Below, piece after piece: positions 21,501-31,507 of a DNA stretch of 64,000 bases (its first letter is position 1; each line of letters begins with the position of its first letter). The stretch is from NCBI GenBank assembly GCA_036918135.1, contig JBALDB010000053.1, positions 181,565-245,564 on the forward strand. The letters are read 5' to 3'. Under the pieces are notes generated by a model that worked only from the letters and a program-made list of their open reading frames with translations, had not been told where the DNA came from and ran no database searches. Source of the DNA: Nostoc sp. (GTDB taxonomy: Bacteria > Cyanobacteriota > Cyanobacteriia > Cyanobacteriales > Nostocaceae). The position numbers and the translations under genes are program-made.

Positions 21501-23554
21501 TCTTCTCGCAATGAAAGAATAATTTTGACAAAAGGGATATTTAGACATTCACTAAAAAATTTATAAAATTCTATTCTTTGTGTTCCAGGGTTACTAACAA
21601 AGAAAAACTCTTCAAACTGGTCTAGGATTAGAATTATTGTATGATTGCGCTCAGTTGCTAATCGAATGCGATCGAGGAGTAGAGTAGGTGTAGAGTTGAG
21701 ATTAACTAATATTCCTGTGTGTACCAATGCTTGGTTGATACTGCTTACCAAAACTGTTAACCAATCAGTATAAACAGACAAAACAATAGGTATAGGAATG
21801 CGATCGCCGATAGCTTTTCCCTTCAAAGCTGGTACTAAACCAGCTTTCAAAATTGAACTCTTTCCTACACCTGATTGTCCATAAATTACTGTAAGTTTGT
21901 AGTCAGCACGACTAATTCTTTCAATTAAGCGGTTGACATCTTGTTGTCTTCCGGAAGCAGATATTTCTTGGGCAACTTCCTCAGGAATAAACGGTATTTT
22001 TTCCGGTTCTAATACTGAGTTAATTTTGGAGCGTTGGGGCTGCAATTGACTGGCACCAATGAAAGCACGAAAGCCATACTGATGTTCTATTTGAATTTTT
22101 TCTTGTTTGAGCTTAAAGGCTTCTGTATAGTTATGACGCTCAAAAAAGTAAAGCGATCGCAATTCTTCTAAAATCTCTAAATAAAGTGATGGCTGATGTT
22201 GTAGCTCACAGACTACCCTCGCCCATTCCAAGCTATTGATTGCTTCTTCCCACTCACCTAAATGCCGTTGTGTACGTGCTAGTAAGAGAAGATACCAACT
22301 TTCTTGTCTTCGGCAAACTTCTGTTGCTGCTTCACAAATAGAAAGTGCTGTATTCACTAATTCATGAGCCAGTACCCAATTCGACTCAGAAGCCGCTACA
22401 TTTGCTAAAAAACCATAATTTCGAGCAATTTGTGCTGGAGTTCCATAAGTTTTATATAGCTCTAATGACTTTTGAGCTAATTGTTTCAATTCATCCCAAG
22501 CTTGTAAACGTTGCAGTATTTCACAAACAGGTGAAATAAATTTAGCAACTAAATCTTCTCTTTCTACCTGTTCCAAGATTTCCAAGCATTGTTTAAACCA
22601 TGAAAGAGCATGTTCGCAATAGCTACTATTAGCATTGTGGTTTAAATCTGCCATCCGGCGGTAACACAGCCCCAGGTGAAATAGTACTATTGCTTGCTTG
22701 AGTAAAGATGAGGGAGACGATGGGCATGAGGGGGACAAGTGTAATTGTTCGCTGATTTTCCCCACTTTCCCGCTTTCCAAATCTGCTACTCTTCTTGTTT
22801 CCTGTTGCCACAATGCTAGGCTTTTTTGATAGTTAGCTAAAGCACCATTAATTTGATCGTTAGCGTATTTGTCTCGCCCCAAAACAAACTCTAAACTTGC
22901 TTCTAATCCTGGTGTTAATTGAATCCCATACAAGCGCAGCAAATCATTACGTGCTGATTCTATTTCATGGCGGTGTTGAGATTTGGGATCTAAATCGAGA
23001 GAAGCATTAGATAAAAATGTTTCGGCACCTGCTTCTAAAACTTTGGCAAATAAAGATTCTGCTTCTTGATGTATTAAAGCAATTAAATCTATTTTTGCCA
23101 TTTCAAATTTAATAGTGGTTGCAGCCCAGCTTTTAAAATCAGGGGCTAATCTAGAAAGCAATGACGCTACTTCATCTTGTAGCCATAATACTACTGGAAA
23201 TGGAAAAGTTGCGGCATAGATATCTCGTGCTTGGTTAATACCTGTAAGTAAGTTTTCCAGGTCGTTAATAGACTCAATACCGAAAACCATAATAGCTGAT
23301 GGCAAAGAGTCTGTAACAACAACAGGATTATCTAGAAATAGTTCTGAAACTATTGTGTTGTGTAAAGAAGTAGTTGAGGGATTGAGAACGATTTCTTTGA
23401 TATTGATGTCTTTGGTGATGGAGCGAATATTTTCTAACATTTGCTCCCGTAATTGCCCATAATTACACCGAACTAAAATAAGGGCAAATTGACCTTCCGA
23501 GAGGGCGATCGCTCTCATCAGTCTTTGCAAAGTATGCTGATTTTCTTTGGTCAT
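18548..23554 (-). CDS. Multidomain protein: degenerate P-loop-like N-terminus, TPR-like helices, STAND (nSTAND1-like) NTPase, TM helix, about 14 WD40 repeats
   Basis: Walker A GQSGVGKSS, Walker B ILILDQFEEFF, repeated GH...FSPDG..LAS.S.D.TVKLW. Confidence 0.85.
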   Translation of the reverse strand: MTKENQHTLQRLMRAIALSEGQFALILVRCNYGQLREQMLENIRSITKDINIKEIVLNPSTTSLHNTIVSELFLDNPVVVTDSLPSAIMVFGIESINDLENLLTGINQARDIYAATFPFPVVLWLQDEVASLLSRLAPDFKSWAATTIKFEMAKIDLIALIHQEAESLFAKVLEAGAETFLSNASLDLDPKSQHRHEIESARNDLLRLYGIQLTPGLEASLEFVLGRDKYANDQINGALANYQKSLALWQQETRRVADLESGKVGKISEQLHLSPSCPSSPSSLLKQAIVLFHLGLCYRRMADLNHNANSSYCEHALSWFKQCLEILEQVEREDLVAKFISPVCEILQRLQAWDELKQLAQKSLELYKTYGTPAQIARNYGFLANVAASESNWVLAHELVNTALSICEAATEVCRRQESWYLLLLARTQRHLGEWEEAINSLEWARVVCELQHQPSLYLEILEELRSLYFFERHNYTEAFKLKQEKIQIEHQYGFRAFIGASQLQPQRSKINSVLEPEKIPFIPEEVAQEISASGRQQDVNRLIERISRADYKLTVIYGQSGVGKSSILKAGLVPALKGKAIGDRIPIPIVLSVYTDWLTVLVSSINQALVHTGILVNLNSTPTLLLDRIRLATERNHTIILILDQFEEFFFVSNPGTQRIEFYKFFSECLNIPFVKIILSLREDYLHYLLEFERLSQKNISNIYNLGVINQNILDKDIRYYLGKFSSQDAKAIIHSLTQRSHYELSDELINRLVQDLTGELEEVHPIELQIVGAQLEIENITTLGQYKLCGGWTKLVERWLGEVIKDCGQENEKLSWKLLFELTDEKGTRPLKTKTDLAAALVNNHDIETISGFEIVEELILEILVGSGLVLRVREELGDRYQLVHDYLVEPIRQKNNYGIIAELEKIKLEKTKAEVAQKLSQQQLNLVLQKRLREARIAGVVLAIMGGTIAALWWQADLQKTAAVRQTLRAERSETNLKISAIAAASEALFASNKEFDALLESLRAWRRLKKAELVQPDTRMRVVTALQQAVYGVTEVNRLQGHTEIVWGITFSPDGQLLASGSQDRTVKLWRPDGTLLQTLKGHTDGVTAVSFSPDGQTLASASLDKTVQIWRQNPITGEFYPHPDKTLKGHGDWVYSVNFSPDGQLLATGSKDATIKLWRQDGSLVKILRGHHGWVNWVSFSPDGQFIASASDDKTVKIWRRDGSLVTTLHGHQQGVTVVTFSPDGKLLASAGRDKTVKLWRREENTNKNGFDFFPYKTLQQHTSTVWSLSFSFDGKKLASGSEDNTINLWSITGSLLKTFKGHNDAVASVAFSPNNKLLASGSFDKNVKLWSLDAPRPSILQGHQDRVLSVAWSPHGQMLASGSSDRTVKLWQRDTSNGEVKTRLYKTLVGHTDKVPSVSFDPKGEMLASGSYDKTVKLWRLDGTLIVTLHGHSDSVMSVNFSPDGEFLASASKDKTIKLWNRQGKLLKTLVGHQGWVNSVNFSPDNQVLASASDDQTVKLWRRDGTLLKTFSPHDSWVLGVSFSPTDELLASASWDNTVRLWRRDGTLLKTLLKGYSDSVNAVTFSPNGKLLAAASWDGTVKLWSREGKLIKSLNGHRAPVLSVSFSPDGQTLASASDDNTIILWNLDLDDLVVRGCQWVHDYLKHNHNLEQRDRHLCDGIL

Positions 23555-23720
23555 TTGGCATTAGGTATGGGGCATTGGGCATGGGGGGATGAGGAGATGG
23601 GGAGACAAGGGGACAAGGGGACAAGGGGACAAGCAGAATAACTCCTCAGTCAACAGTCAATAGTCAGCACTCCCAATGACCAATGACTAATGACTAATGA
23701 CTAATGACTAATCACAATTA
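23555..23720. repeat. STRR tandem repeats (gggcatt, ggggacaa, aatgact)
   Basis: Visible 7- and 8-mer arrays between the ATPase and WD40 genes. Confidence 0.75.
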
Positions 23721-23735
23721 ACTTACCCAACACTG

Positions 23736-25067
23736 TTATTTGTTTTGTTGCCAAGTCAAAACTTTTTCTGTTTCTGCTAAGGCCGGACTGATACCAAACC
23801 ATCGCCCCACAGGATCGCGATATTCAAACAGATACATGCTTCGTAGTAAACTTTGGTAGTCAGACTCGCCTTTAACTCTTTGCTGTTGCACTACTTCAAA
23901 CAATAATTCCCATTGGGATTCGTCAATAGCTAATAGCAGATCGTCGCGGTAGTCTTTAATCACAGCTTCTAAGCACTCACTAGAAAAAGGTGGATCTTCC
24001 CGTTGCAGGCAGCTATAAAGCAAACCCAATAAGTTACGAATGTGACCGCCACTAACACGACATAAACGATCCAAGGTTTGGGAGTTATCGAATAATTCTG
24101 TAATTAGTGACAGTCTTGCATTCAAAGGAACTTCTGGAAAAGCTCTTGCTAAGACTAACTGGCGCACCAGTGACATTCCTGGTTCGTAGTCGCTACCATC
24201 TCTTTGCCGCACCAGCACCATTGGCAGAACTTTAGGCGCAATCCCTCCCCCCAAACGATTTTTCAGTGTTTCGTACTCATTAGAAAAAATTAATGCCAAA
24301 GGAATTGTGTAAACTAGGTGGCATTTGAGTCGGCGTAACTGTTCGCCTCGGTCGATAAACAGGTACTCTGGTTGCGATCGCCCGGATGCTAAGGGACGCA
24401 TATCCACTCGATCCAAGTTATCTACAATTACTACTAACCCTTTTTGACCCCGCAGCTTTAGCTGATTAACAGCTTTTTCTAAAATTTCTTCGTTAATTGC
24501 TTGCAAAATACTGTTAGTGCGTGGTTCCAGATATTGCCTCAGTTGATTACGCAACTGGTTACTATCTTTGGTTTTGGCAGTAATTTTAGCAATCCCTAAG
24601 GACAACTCTGCTTCTGCTGAAAGCTCTATGGGACTTTGCAAAAAATCCCCTACTTCTTTAAACAAATTGTTAAAGTAACCAGGTTTAAGTTTGATACCAA
24701 TTGTTTCTAAACTAACACTTACTTGACGGGCTACACTCAGCAAAATATCGCTGACATCAATATCCGCCATGTCTAAGTCTTGACTGGACTCAAAATAAAC
24801 GACATGAAATCCCGCTAATTCTAGTTCTGTTTTCAGGCGTTGCAATTCCGTCGATTTACCGCAGCCAATGTGACCTGTAAATAACTGGCACGTTGGCTCA
24901 TCCGGAGAAATACGGCAGATTGTCCGTTGCAATTCTTCAACAATCTTGCAACCGCGTACATCAGCAAAATCTATGTAATACTGCCGATCCAGCACGTTAC
25001 TTACATTTAATGTGTAGCTTGGATTACATGCTTTATAGAAACGTGACAAATTTAATGTCGTTTTCAT
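23736..25067 (-). CDS. P-loop ATPase (AAA/STAND-like) upstream of the WD40 gene
   Basis: Walker A GHIGCGKST, Walker B VVIVDNLDRV, SGGHIRNL motif. Confidence 0.85.
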   Translation of the reverse strand: MKTTLNLSRFYKACNPSYTLNVSNVLDRQYYIDFADVRGCKIVEELQRTICRISPDEPTCQLFTGHIGCGKSTELQRLKTELELAGFHVVYFESSQDLDMADIDVSDILLSVARQVSVSLETIGIKLKPGYFNNLFKEVGDFLQSPIELSAEAELSLGIAKITAKTKDSNQLRNQLRQYLEPRTNSILQAINEEILEKAVNQLKLRGQKGLVVIVDNLDRVDMRPLASGRSQPEYLFIDRGEQLRRLKCHLVYTIPLALIFSNEYETLKNRLGGGIAPKVLPMVLVRQRDGSDYEPGMSLVRQLVLARAFPEVPLNARLSLITELFDNSQTLDRLCRVSGGHIRNLLGLLYSCLQREDPPFSSECLEAVIKDYRDDLLLAIDESQWELLFEVVQQQRVKGESDYQSLLRSMYLFEYRDPVGRWFGISPALAETEKVLTWQQNK

Positions 25068-25102
25068 GTATGTAGATGTGTATGTAGATGTGTATGTAGA
25101 TG
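25067..25102. repeat. 12-bp tandem repeat, three copies
   Basis: tgtatgtagatg x3, abutting the ATPase start codon. Confidence 0.9.
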
Positions 25103-25842
25103 CAATTTAATTTGTATGTTTTTATACAGATAATCTCTAACCTACATTTACGCACACGCTTGATTTGCAAGTTGGTGTGTCTTGCAAAGGATAACACTCG
25201 TTGCAGAATCGCTACGAGTATTTGTCAGTATGTGGTAGAGATTTAATTGACCCTAATAACGTTAATCATATCTGTCCTTTTTACACCTGCTACTGAGGTT
25301 TTGACAATCTCTAGCTTTTGCTTGACCAGAAGAAGACAAGCCCAGAGCGAGGTAGGAGTTGGGGTAAGAGTTTTTCCCTTGTCTGTTTGTCCTGTTCGTT
25401 AATTTGGCACGAATCTTTCTGTCTAAGTTGGTAAGTAAAAAAAATTACTAAAGTGAATGATTCTCAGTTGGTATAGCTGATGAGGTAGGACTGGTATGAA
25501 TTATAGCAAGCTACACAGAGATTATGTAATACTTCTTTATCATTTCATATTGTATTTGTCAATCAAACAAAATTATGAATATCTAAATTAATATTTTGTA
25601 ACCATTAGAAAAAAAGTTTAATGAAAACTTGTTAAAAAGACTACAGTTAGTTAAAAATGAACACTGGAAACTTTAATTACAACAATCATTAGCGCCACGA
25701 TTTTTATGTAGTTACTGTAAAGTATTACTAAAAATAAAAAAGTCCTGAGCAGAGCGGCTAACAGATGCCGACAGTGTTTACTGAAATTAATAATGATACA
25801 AATACATCAAGGAATTTGGACTGCAAGGAAAAAGAGGTTTGA

Positions 25843-26697
25843 ATGGCTGGCATAATATCAATTTCCCGCACGGATCTAGCCCAGCGTCGTAAAAAATTGC
25901 GTCGGCAACGGCAGATAAAAATTATTCAGGCTTTTTGGCGAACCTTTGCCATTACTAGTTTGGCAAGTGGATTGCTATGGGTGACAGTCCAACCAGTGTG
26001 GGTGCTGAAAGCTCCTAAACAAATAGTGATGAAATCAGGCAATAAATTACTCTCTGATGAGACAACTCGATCGCTGTTAGTGCTATCTTATCCTCAGTCT
26101 TTGTGGCGAATTGAACCGTCGGCGATCGCCAACTCTTTGAAGAAACAACCAACTATTGCCAATGCGATAGTTAGACGCCGCCTATTTCCTCCTGGTCTAA
26201 TCATTGACATCCAAGAACGAGTACCTGTAGCGGTGACTCAAACACCAACAGTGCAAAATCAAGGCACTGGTAGCAAAAAAGTAACTATCGGCTTATTAGA
26301 TGCAAATGGAGTTTGGATACCTTTAGAAAAATACACATCACTCAATCCCAACATAAAGTTACCCAATCTGAGAGTGATTGGATTGCCAAAACAATACTGC
26401 CTCTATTGGACTCAACTTCATCAAGCTGTCAGCCAAAGTCCAGTAAAAGTGATGCAAATTGATTGTCAAAATCCAACGAATTTAATTTTGAAAACAGAAC
26501 TAGGAAATGTACATCTTGGCACTCCAAGTCCCCAGTTACCCGAACAAATCAAGGTACTAGCCCAAATGCGCCATTTAACAGCAAAACTCAATTCTAGCCA
26601 AATAGAGTATATTGATTTGAAAAATCCCGAATTTCCATTAGTACAAATGAACCAAAAAAATTCCAAATTAAATCCTAAAATCCCTCGAAATATTTAA
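25843..26697 (+). CDS. ftsQ: Cell division protein FtsQ/DivIB
   Basis: Basic N-terminus, single TM helix, POTRA region (RRLFPPGL...ERVPVA), YIDLKNP. Upstream of ftsZ. Confidence 0.9.
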   Translation: MAGIISISRTDLAQRRKKLRRQRQIKIIQAFWRTFAITSLASGLLWVTVQPVWVLKAPKQIVMKSGNKLLSDETTRSLLVLSYPQSLWRIEPSAIANSLKKQPTIANAIVRRRLFPPGLIIDIQERVPVAVTQTPTVQNQGTGSKKVTIGLLDANGVWIPLEKYTSLNPNIKLPNLRVIGLPKQYCLYWTQLHQAVSQSPVKVMQIDCQNPTNLILKTELGNVHLGTPSPQLPEQIKVLAQMRHLTAKLNSSQIEYIDLKNPEFPLVQMNQKNSKLNPKIPRNI

Positions 26698-27826
26698 GCT
26701 GTTTCATCTATTGAACGCTGCTAGTGAATTAAGAAGCTTTATGCTGATAAATATATTTATTTATTTTTAGCTTTCTGGCAAATTACAAGAAAATCGGCAT
26801 TAACTTCTAATTAAAATGAGAAGATCGAACATAAAATCTCCCTTGGAATAAAAGACCCCCAATTGTCACCCTAACATCTATCTGGTGGGGTGCAAGATGC
26901 CGGACAATCTAATAATGGCCTATGTTTGCCCATACATTCTTCGACTGAACCGAGTACGGAAAGGAGAAAAATGTTTGAGTTTTTCATTAAAATCTGACTC
27001 AGGAGCAGAGGATACTGATGGCAACGGTTGACGTCACCATCCAAGTGCAGGGCTAAAAACACTTTAGCTTTGGTTTGTCAAGGACACTTTGGAATTGGGC
27101 ATTGGGGAGCCAGTGCGCTTTTGTGGCAATGTCCGACTTATACTCCTACAAAGAAGCAAAGCTGGGCGTAGCGTCTTTGACAACACAAGCAACTGGCGTC
27201 ATTAGACATTGCAAAGTGCAACTTATAGAGTCTGTTGCAATAGACTATTGCTGCAACAAAGTGTCCATTAAGACTCCCCAAATAACAAATTGATCAGGTA
27301 TAGTCTGACAAGCAAATTATTCTTTACTTCCGTCTCAACGATAAGTAAGTATCAGGTAAATTTTGTGTCTTAAGTTGCAATTATCCCAATGGCGAAATCT
27401 ATTAACAATATTATTAAGGCAGATAAGATCCTCTGTGGCGTGTCTTTACAAGTTATGCCATCCCCTGAAGAAAGTGAAGAGATTAATGTCTGGTCAAAGT
27501 TATACAGAAGACATTTAGATACATGTAGGTATTTAAATATATTCAAGGTAATTATCCAAAAATTAGTGTTGCTCAAACATATGTGTAGTAGTCTGGCTAG
27601 ATTTGACTACGTAAGAGCCAATTATACTTCTGTACAATTCGCTGTGCGATCGCCCGCCCCAAAAGCTTATCCCAAAGTAAATTTTAGTACAGCGAATTCT
27701 GTTAGGCTTGGCAGTAGTGAAAACAATAAAAAACACTGCCACAATGTTATGGCAGCGTCAAACTATAGTTGACTCCTAGTTGAATAACACCCCCAAAAAG
27801 TCGTTTATCTACCTCTGACAAATCCA

Positions 27827-29137
27827 ATGACACTTGATAATAACCAAGGACTTACTTATAGAGATTCCCAATCTACCGGACAGCCCGGCTTCTCTGTGTC
27901 GGTTAACTCGACCAATCCCTTTAATAACTCTGGGATAAACTTTGGACAAAATCACGAAAATAAGAAGATTTCTCCAGAAAACAACCGAATTGGTGAGATT
28001 GTCCCCGGTCGCGTTGCCAACATTAAAGTGATTGGTGTCGGTGGCGGTGGCGGCAATGCTGTTAACCGCATGATAGAATCTGATGTCTCTGGTGTAGAGT
28101 TTTGGTCAATTAACACTGATGCCCAAGCTCTGACCTTAGCTGGCGCTCCCAGCCGATTGCAAATCGGACAGAAGCTAACGCGGGGTTTAGGAGCAGGTGG
28201 TAATCCAGCCATTGGTCAAAAGGCGGCTGAGGAATCACGAGACGAAATTGCCACGGCTTTAGAGGGTGCAGATTTAGTATTTATCACTGCTGGTATGGGC
28301 GGCGGTACTGGAACAGGTGCAGCCCCGATTGTCGCAGAAGTAGCCAAAGAAATGGGCGCTTTGACTGTTGGTGTGGTTACACGTCCATTTGTTTTTGAGG
28401 GACGCCGCCGCACTAGCCAAGCAGAACAAGGTATTGAAGGACTAAAAAGTAGGGTAGATACGCTGATTATTATTCCCAATAACAAACTACTGGAAGTGAT
28501 CCCCGAACAAACCCCCGTGCAAGAAGCTTTTCGCTATGCAGATGATGTCCTGCGTCAAGGGGTACAGGGAATTTCTGATATCATTACGATCCCAGGTTTG
28601 GTAAACGTTGACTTTGCCGATGTTCGAGCTGTAATGGCAGATGCAGGATCGGCATTGATGGGAATTGGCGTTAGCTCTGGAAAATCTAGAGCTAGAGAAG
28701 CTGCGATCGCAGCTATTTCTTCGCCTTTATTAGAATGTTCCATCGAAGGTGCTAGAGGTGTTGTCTTTAATATTACTGGTGGTACTGACCTGACTTTGCA
28801 TGAAGTGAATGCTGCCGCAGAAGCAATCTATGAAGTAGTCGATCCCAATGCAAATATTATTTTTGGTGCTGTAATTGATGACAGGCTCCAAGGTGAGGTA
28901 AGAATTACTGTAATTGCTACCGGGTTTACAGGTGAAGTACAAACAGCACCACAACAAAGCGTGGCCAACGTTCGGGTAGCACCTAATACTCCCAAGCGAC
29001 CAGCAACACAGCAACCCACAGTTAATCCTCCAGCCCCAACTCCAACGCCAACTCCAACCCCAATTCCAGAGCCAAAAGAAAAATCTGGATTGGATATCCC
29101 TGATTTTCTGAAAAACCGACGTACACCACGAAATTAA
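27827..29137 (+). CDS. ftsZ: Cell division protein FtsZ
   Basis: [29 protein letters not shown]-terminal LDIPDFL. Confidence 0.99.
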   Translation: MTLDNNQGLTYRDSQSTGQPGFSVSVNSTNPFNNSGINFGQNHENKKISPENNRIGEIVPGRVANIKVIGVGGGGGNAVNRMIESDVSGVEFWSINTDAQALTLAGAPSRLQIGQKLTRGLGAGGNPAIGQKAAEESRDEIATALEGADLVFITAGMGGGTGTGAAPIVAEVAKEMGALTVGVVTRPFVFEGRRRTSQAEQGIEGLKSRVDTLIIIPNNKLLEVIPEQTPVQEAFRYADDVLRQGVQGISDIITIPGLVNVDFADVRAVMADAGSALMGIGVSSGKSRAREAAIAAISSPLLECSIEGARGVVFNITGGTDLTLHEVNAAAEAIYEVVDPNANIIFGAVIDDRLQGEVRITVIATGFTGEVQTAPQQSVANVRVAPNTPKRPATQQPTVNPPAPTPTPTPTPIPEPKEKSGLDIPDFLKNRRTPRN

Positions 29138-29451
29138 TCAATTTTGAATTTGAGATTTGAAATTCAGTTTGTATTCTCAGGTAAGACTGAGTGCTGTATA
29201 AAAGGAAGCTAGTTTCAGGGTTTTACCAAGGGCAGAAGTAAGTAATTATATTGCCATTCCTAATTTTGCTAATTGGTAAACAAACTTCTCAACATTACTT
29301 ACAAAATAAACTTGGGCAGGAGTCCGCTGACTCCCATGTCTAACTGTGTTTTTGTCAAAAAAAACAGGAAGACTTGCTCGATTTAGGATGCGATGCGATC
29401 GCTACATCTACCCCTGCGATCCATTTAACTTAGTAGATATATTTATTTAGA

Positions 29452-30480
29452 TTAGGTGGCAAGTCCCAATTCTCCAGTGATTGATTGTGAATTCTCTATT
29501 TTGAATTCTGTATTCTTGTTCAAAGTTTGTTCAATCCATTGAATAACCTGATGACCCAAGCGAGTACCATCTAGGCGGTCAATCTCACGAATTCCGGTGG
29601 GACTGGTGACGTTAACTTCAGTCAGGTAGCCACCGATAACGTCAATACCCACAAAAATTAAGCCATCTTCGCGTAAACGTTCAGCTATTTGGGTGCAGAT
29701 TTCATACTCTGTTGGAGTAATTTCGGTTTGAGCGACTGTACCACCAGTTGCCATATTATTGCGAAAATCAATGCCGTTAGAGAGGCGATTGAGCGCACCA
29801 ATCGGTTCGCCATTGAGTAAGATAATTCGCTTATCTCCTTGTTTTGCTTGGGGTAGATAGGTCTGCACCATTACAGGTACTTTACCTTGAAGAGTACTGA
29901 GTTCGATAATCGAGTTGAAATTGCGATCGCCCGATTGCAAAATCAAAATTCCTTCCCCAGCTTTATTACCCAATGGTTTGAGAACCGCAGCTCCCTTTGC
30001 TTCCACAAATTGCTGGATAAACTGCTTATCAGCACTAACAATCGTTTCTGGAATTGCTTTGGTAAATTGGAGGGCGTACATTTTTTCATTTGCCCCTCGG
30101 ATACCATTAGGATTGTTAACCACCAAAGTTTTATTTTGGTCAATGTAATCCAGAATATAGGTGGCATAGAGGTAGGAATCATTGACTGGTGGATCTGTCC
30201 GCATGAATACGGCATCCATTGTTTCTAAGGAAGCGAAAAAGCGATCGCCCAACTTATACCAAGGATTCGCTGCTACCCAGCGTCCCTCCACCAAATGTAT
30301 CGGTACAAGTTCTATTCGCTGTAGGACAGCCCAAGCTTTGCTCTCCACCACACTCAGTAGATTTGCTTGAGTCACCCAAACTTCATGTCCCAGGATTTGC
30401 GCTGCTTCCATCAAGGCAACGCTGGTATCATGACAGGGGTCAAGCTGATGGATGGGATCAATGATAAAAGCCAGTTTCAC
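29452..30480 (-). CDS. gshB: Glutathione synthetase
   Basis: KLAFIIDP, MRTDPP, EVNVTSPTG. GTG start at 30480. Confidence 0.95.
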   Translation of the reverse strand: MKLAFIIDPIHQLDPCHDTSVALMEAAQILGHEVWVTQANLLSVVESKAWAVLQRIELVPIHLVEGRWVAANPWYKLGDRFFASLETMDAVFMRTDPPVNDSYLYATYILDYIDQNKTLVVNNPNGIRGANEKMYALQFTKAIPETIVSADKQFIQQFVEAKGAAVLKPLGNKAGEGILILQSGDRNFNSIIELSTLQGKVPVMVQTYLPQAKQGDKRIILLNGEPIGALNRLSNGIDFRNNMATGGTVAQTEITPTEYEICTQIAERLREDGLIFVGIDVIGGYLTEVNVTSPTGIREIDRLDGTRLGHQVIQWIEQTLNKNTEFKIENSQSITGELGLAT

Positions 30481-30568
30481 ACTTTCTACCTCAATCACCA
30501 GAAAATTATATGCTTATTTAATTATTATCTCTTGATGTTCTCAGCAATTGACGTATACGCGTTAAGCA

Positions 30569-30795
30569 TATAGGAATTTGATTTGATGGCATAAAAAAAT
30601 ACCGTACGTCTTAAGGCAACAGACAATTAATTTTTCCTGTTGCCTGCCTTTAGGAGTAAGTTCAAAAATTAAATATCAGGAAACTCCAAGAAATAAATTA
30701 TCCCGTTTGAAGTTACTGACCGATCGCTGATGACTGTTGACCGTTGACTGTGAACAGTGAGATATTTTTTAGAGAGGAAGTCCCTAAGTCCTATA
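30569..30795. mobile_element. Nested MITE-like elements
   Basis: Outer element tataggaatttgatttga...tcaaaaattaaatatc/agtcctata is interrupted by inner element aggaaactcc...ggaagtccct, which contains ttgactg-type STRRs. Confidence 0.55.
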
Positions 30796-30939
30796 AATTA
30801 GAAGAAGCTAATATCTTAATAAACACTGCTTTTGTAGATAAAACTCAGTAAATAAGGCAGCGCGTTGCTTTTCGAGAGTTGTAGCGACTGCCATGTGTAT
30901 CTAGCGGCTTGTAGCCAAGGTTTGCAATCCCTTGTGAAT

Positions 30940-31212
30940 CTAAACGCTATTGCTAGAAGCTAGTAGTTCATCCAGCTTGCCTTGAGTGTCTAAAGCGTGG
31001 ATATCATCACAACCACCAACATGCTGATTATTGATGAAAATTTGTGGTAAAGAACGGCGTCCATTTGCTCTTTGAGCCATTTTATTTCTGGCTGCTTCAT
31101 CTCCATCAATGCTGTATTCGATAAATTCAACTCCCTTATTTTTCAGCAAATTTTTGGCACGGATGCAAAATGGGCAAGTCCTCCAAGTATAAATTTCTAC
31201 ATTTGCAGCCAT
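30940..31212 (-). CDS. grxC: Glutaredoxin 3
   Basis: CPFC active site, SLPQIFI, GGCDD. Confidence 0.95.
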   Translation of the reverse strand: MAANVEIYTWRTCPFCIRAKNLLKNKGVEFIEYSIDGDEAARNKMAQRANGRRSLPQIFINNQHVGGCDDIHALDTQGKLDELLASSNSV

Positions 31213-31361
31213 AAAGTCCTCAAATTGATTTAATACTTCTTAATTTTAGAACTTTGCCACTGGCTATAGCTGCTCTATGCAGTTTTGAATTTATTCTCAA
31301 AGATGCCTAACTGGGTTTAAAAAATAAAAATTAGTTAACAGAACATTAAATGTAATAACCC

Positions 31362-31387
31362 TTGTTAGTTATAGATTCAGGCGATCG
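31362..31387 (+). repeat. 26-bp direct repeat, left copy
   Basis: ttgttagttatagattcaggcgatcg, 24/26 identical to 34004-34029. Confidence 0.85.
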
Positions 31388-31507
31388 TCGCCTCGACCGA
31401 GTAAGAAAGTTGCGTGTTAATGACTCAATCCCTGTGAACTATTGCTGCCAGCCCATCTTCACTTAGAATTAGTATGAGAATACTTAATTATTTTTAAGTA
31501 ACTTAGA

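Noticed and set aside
27389..27772. 127-aa ORF upstream of ftsZ
   Set aside because: It has no recognisable motif or RBS and lies in the probable ftsZ promoter region.
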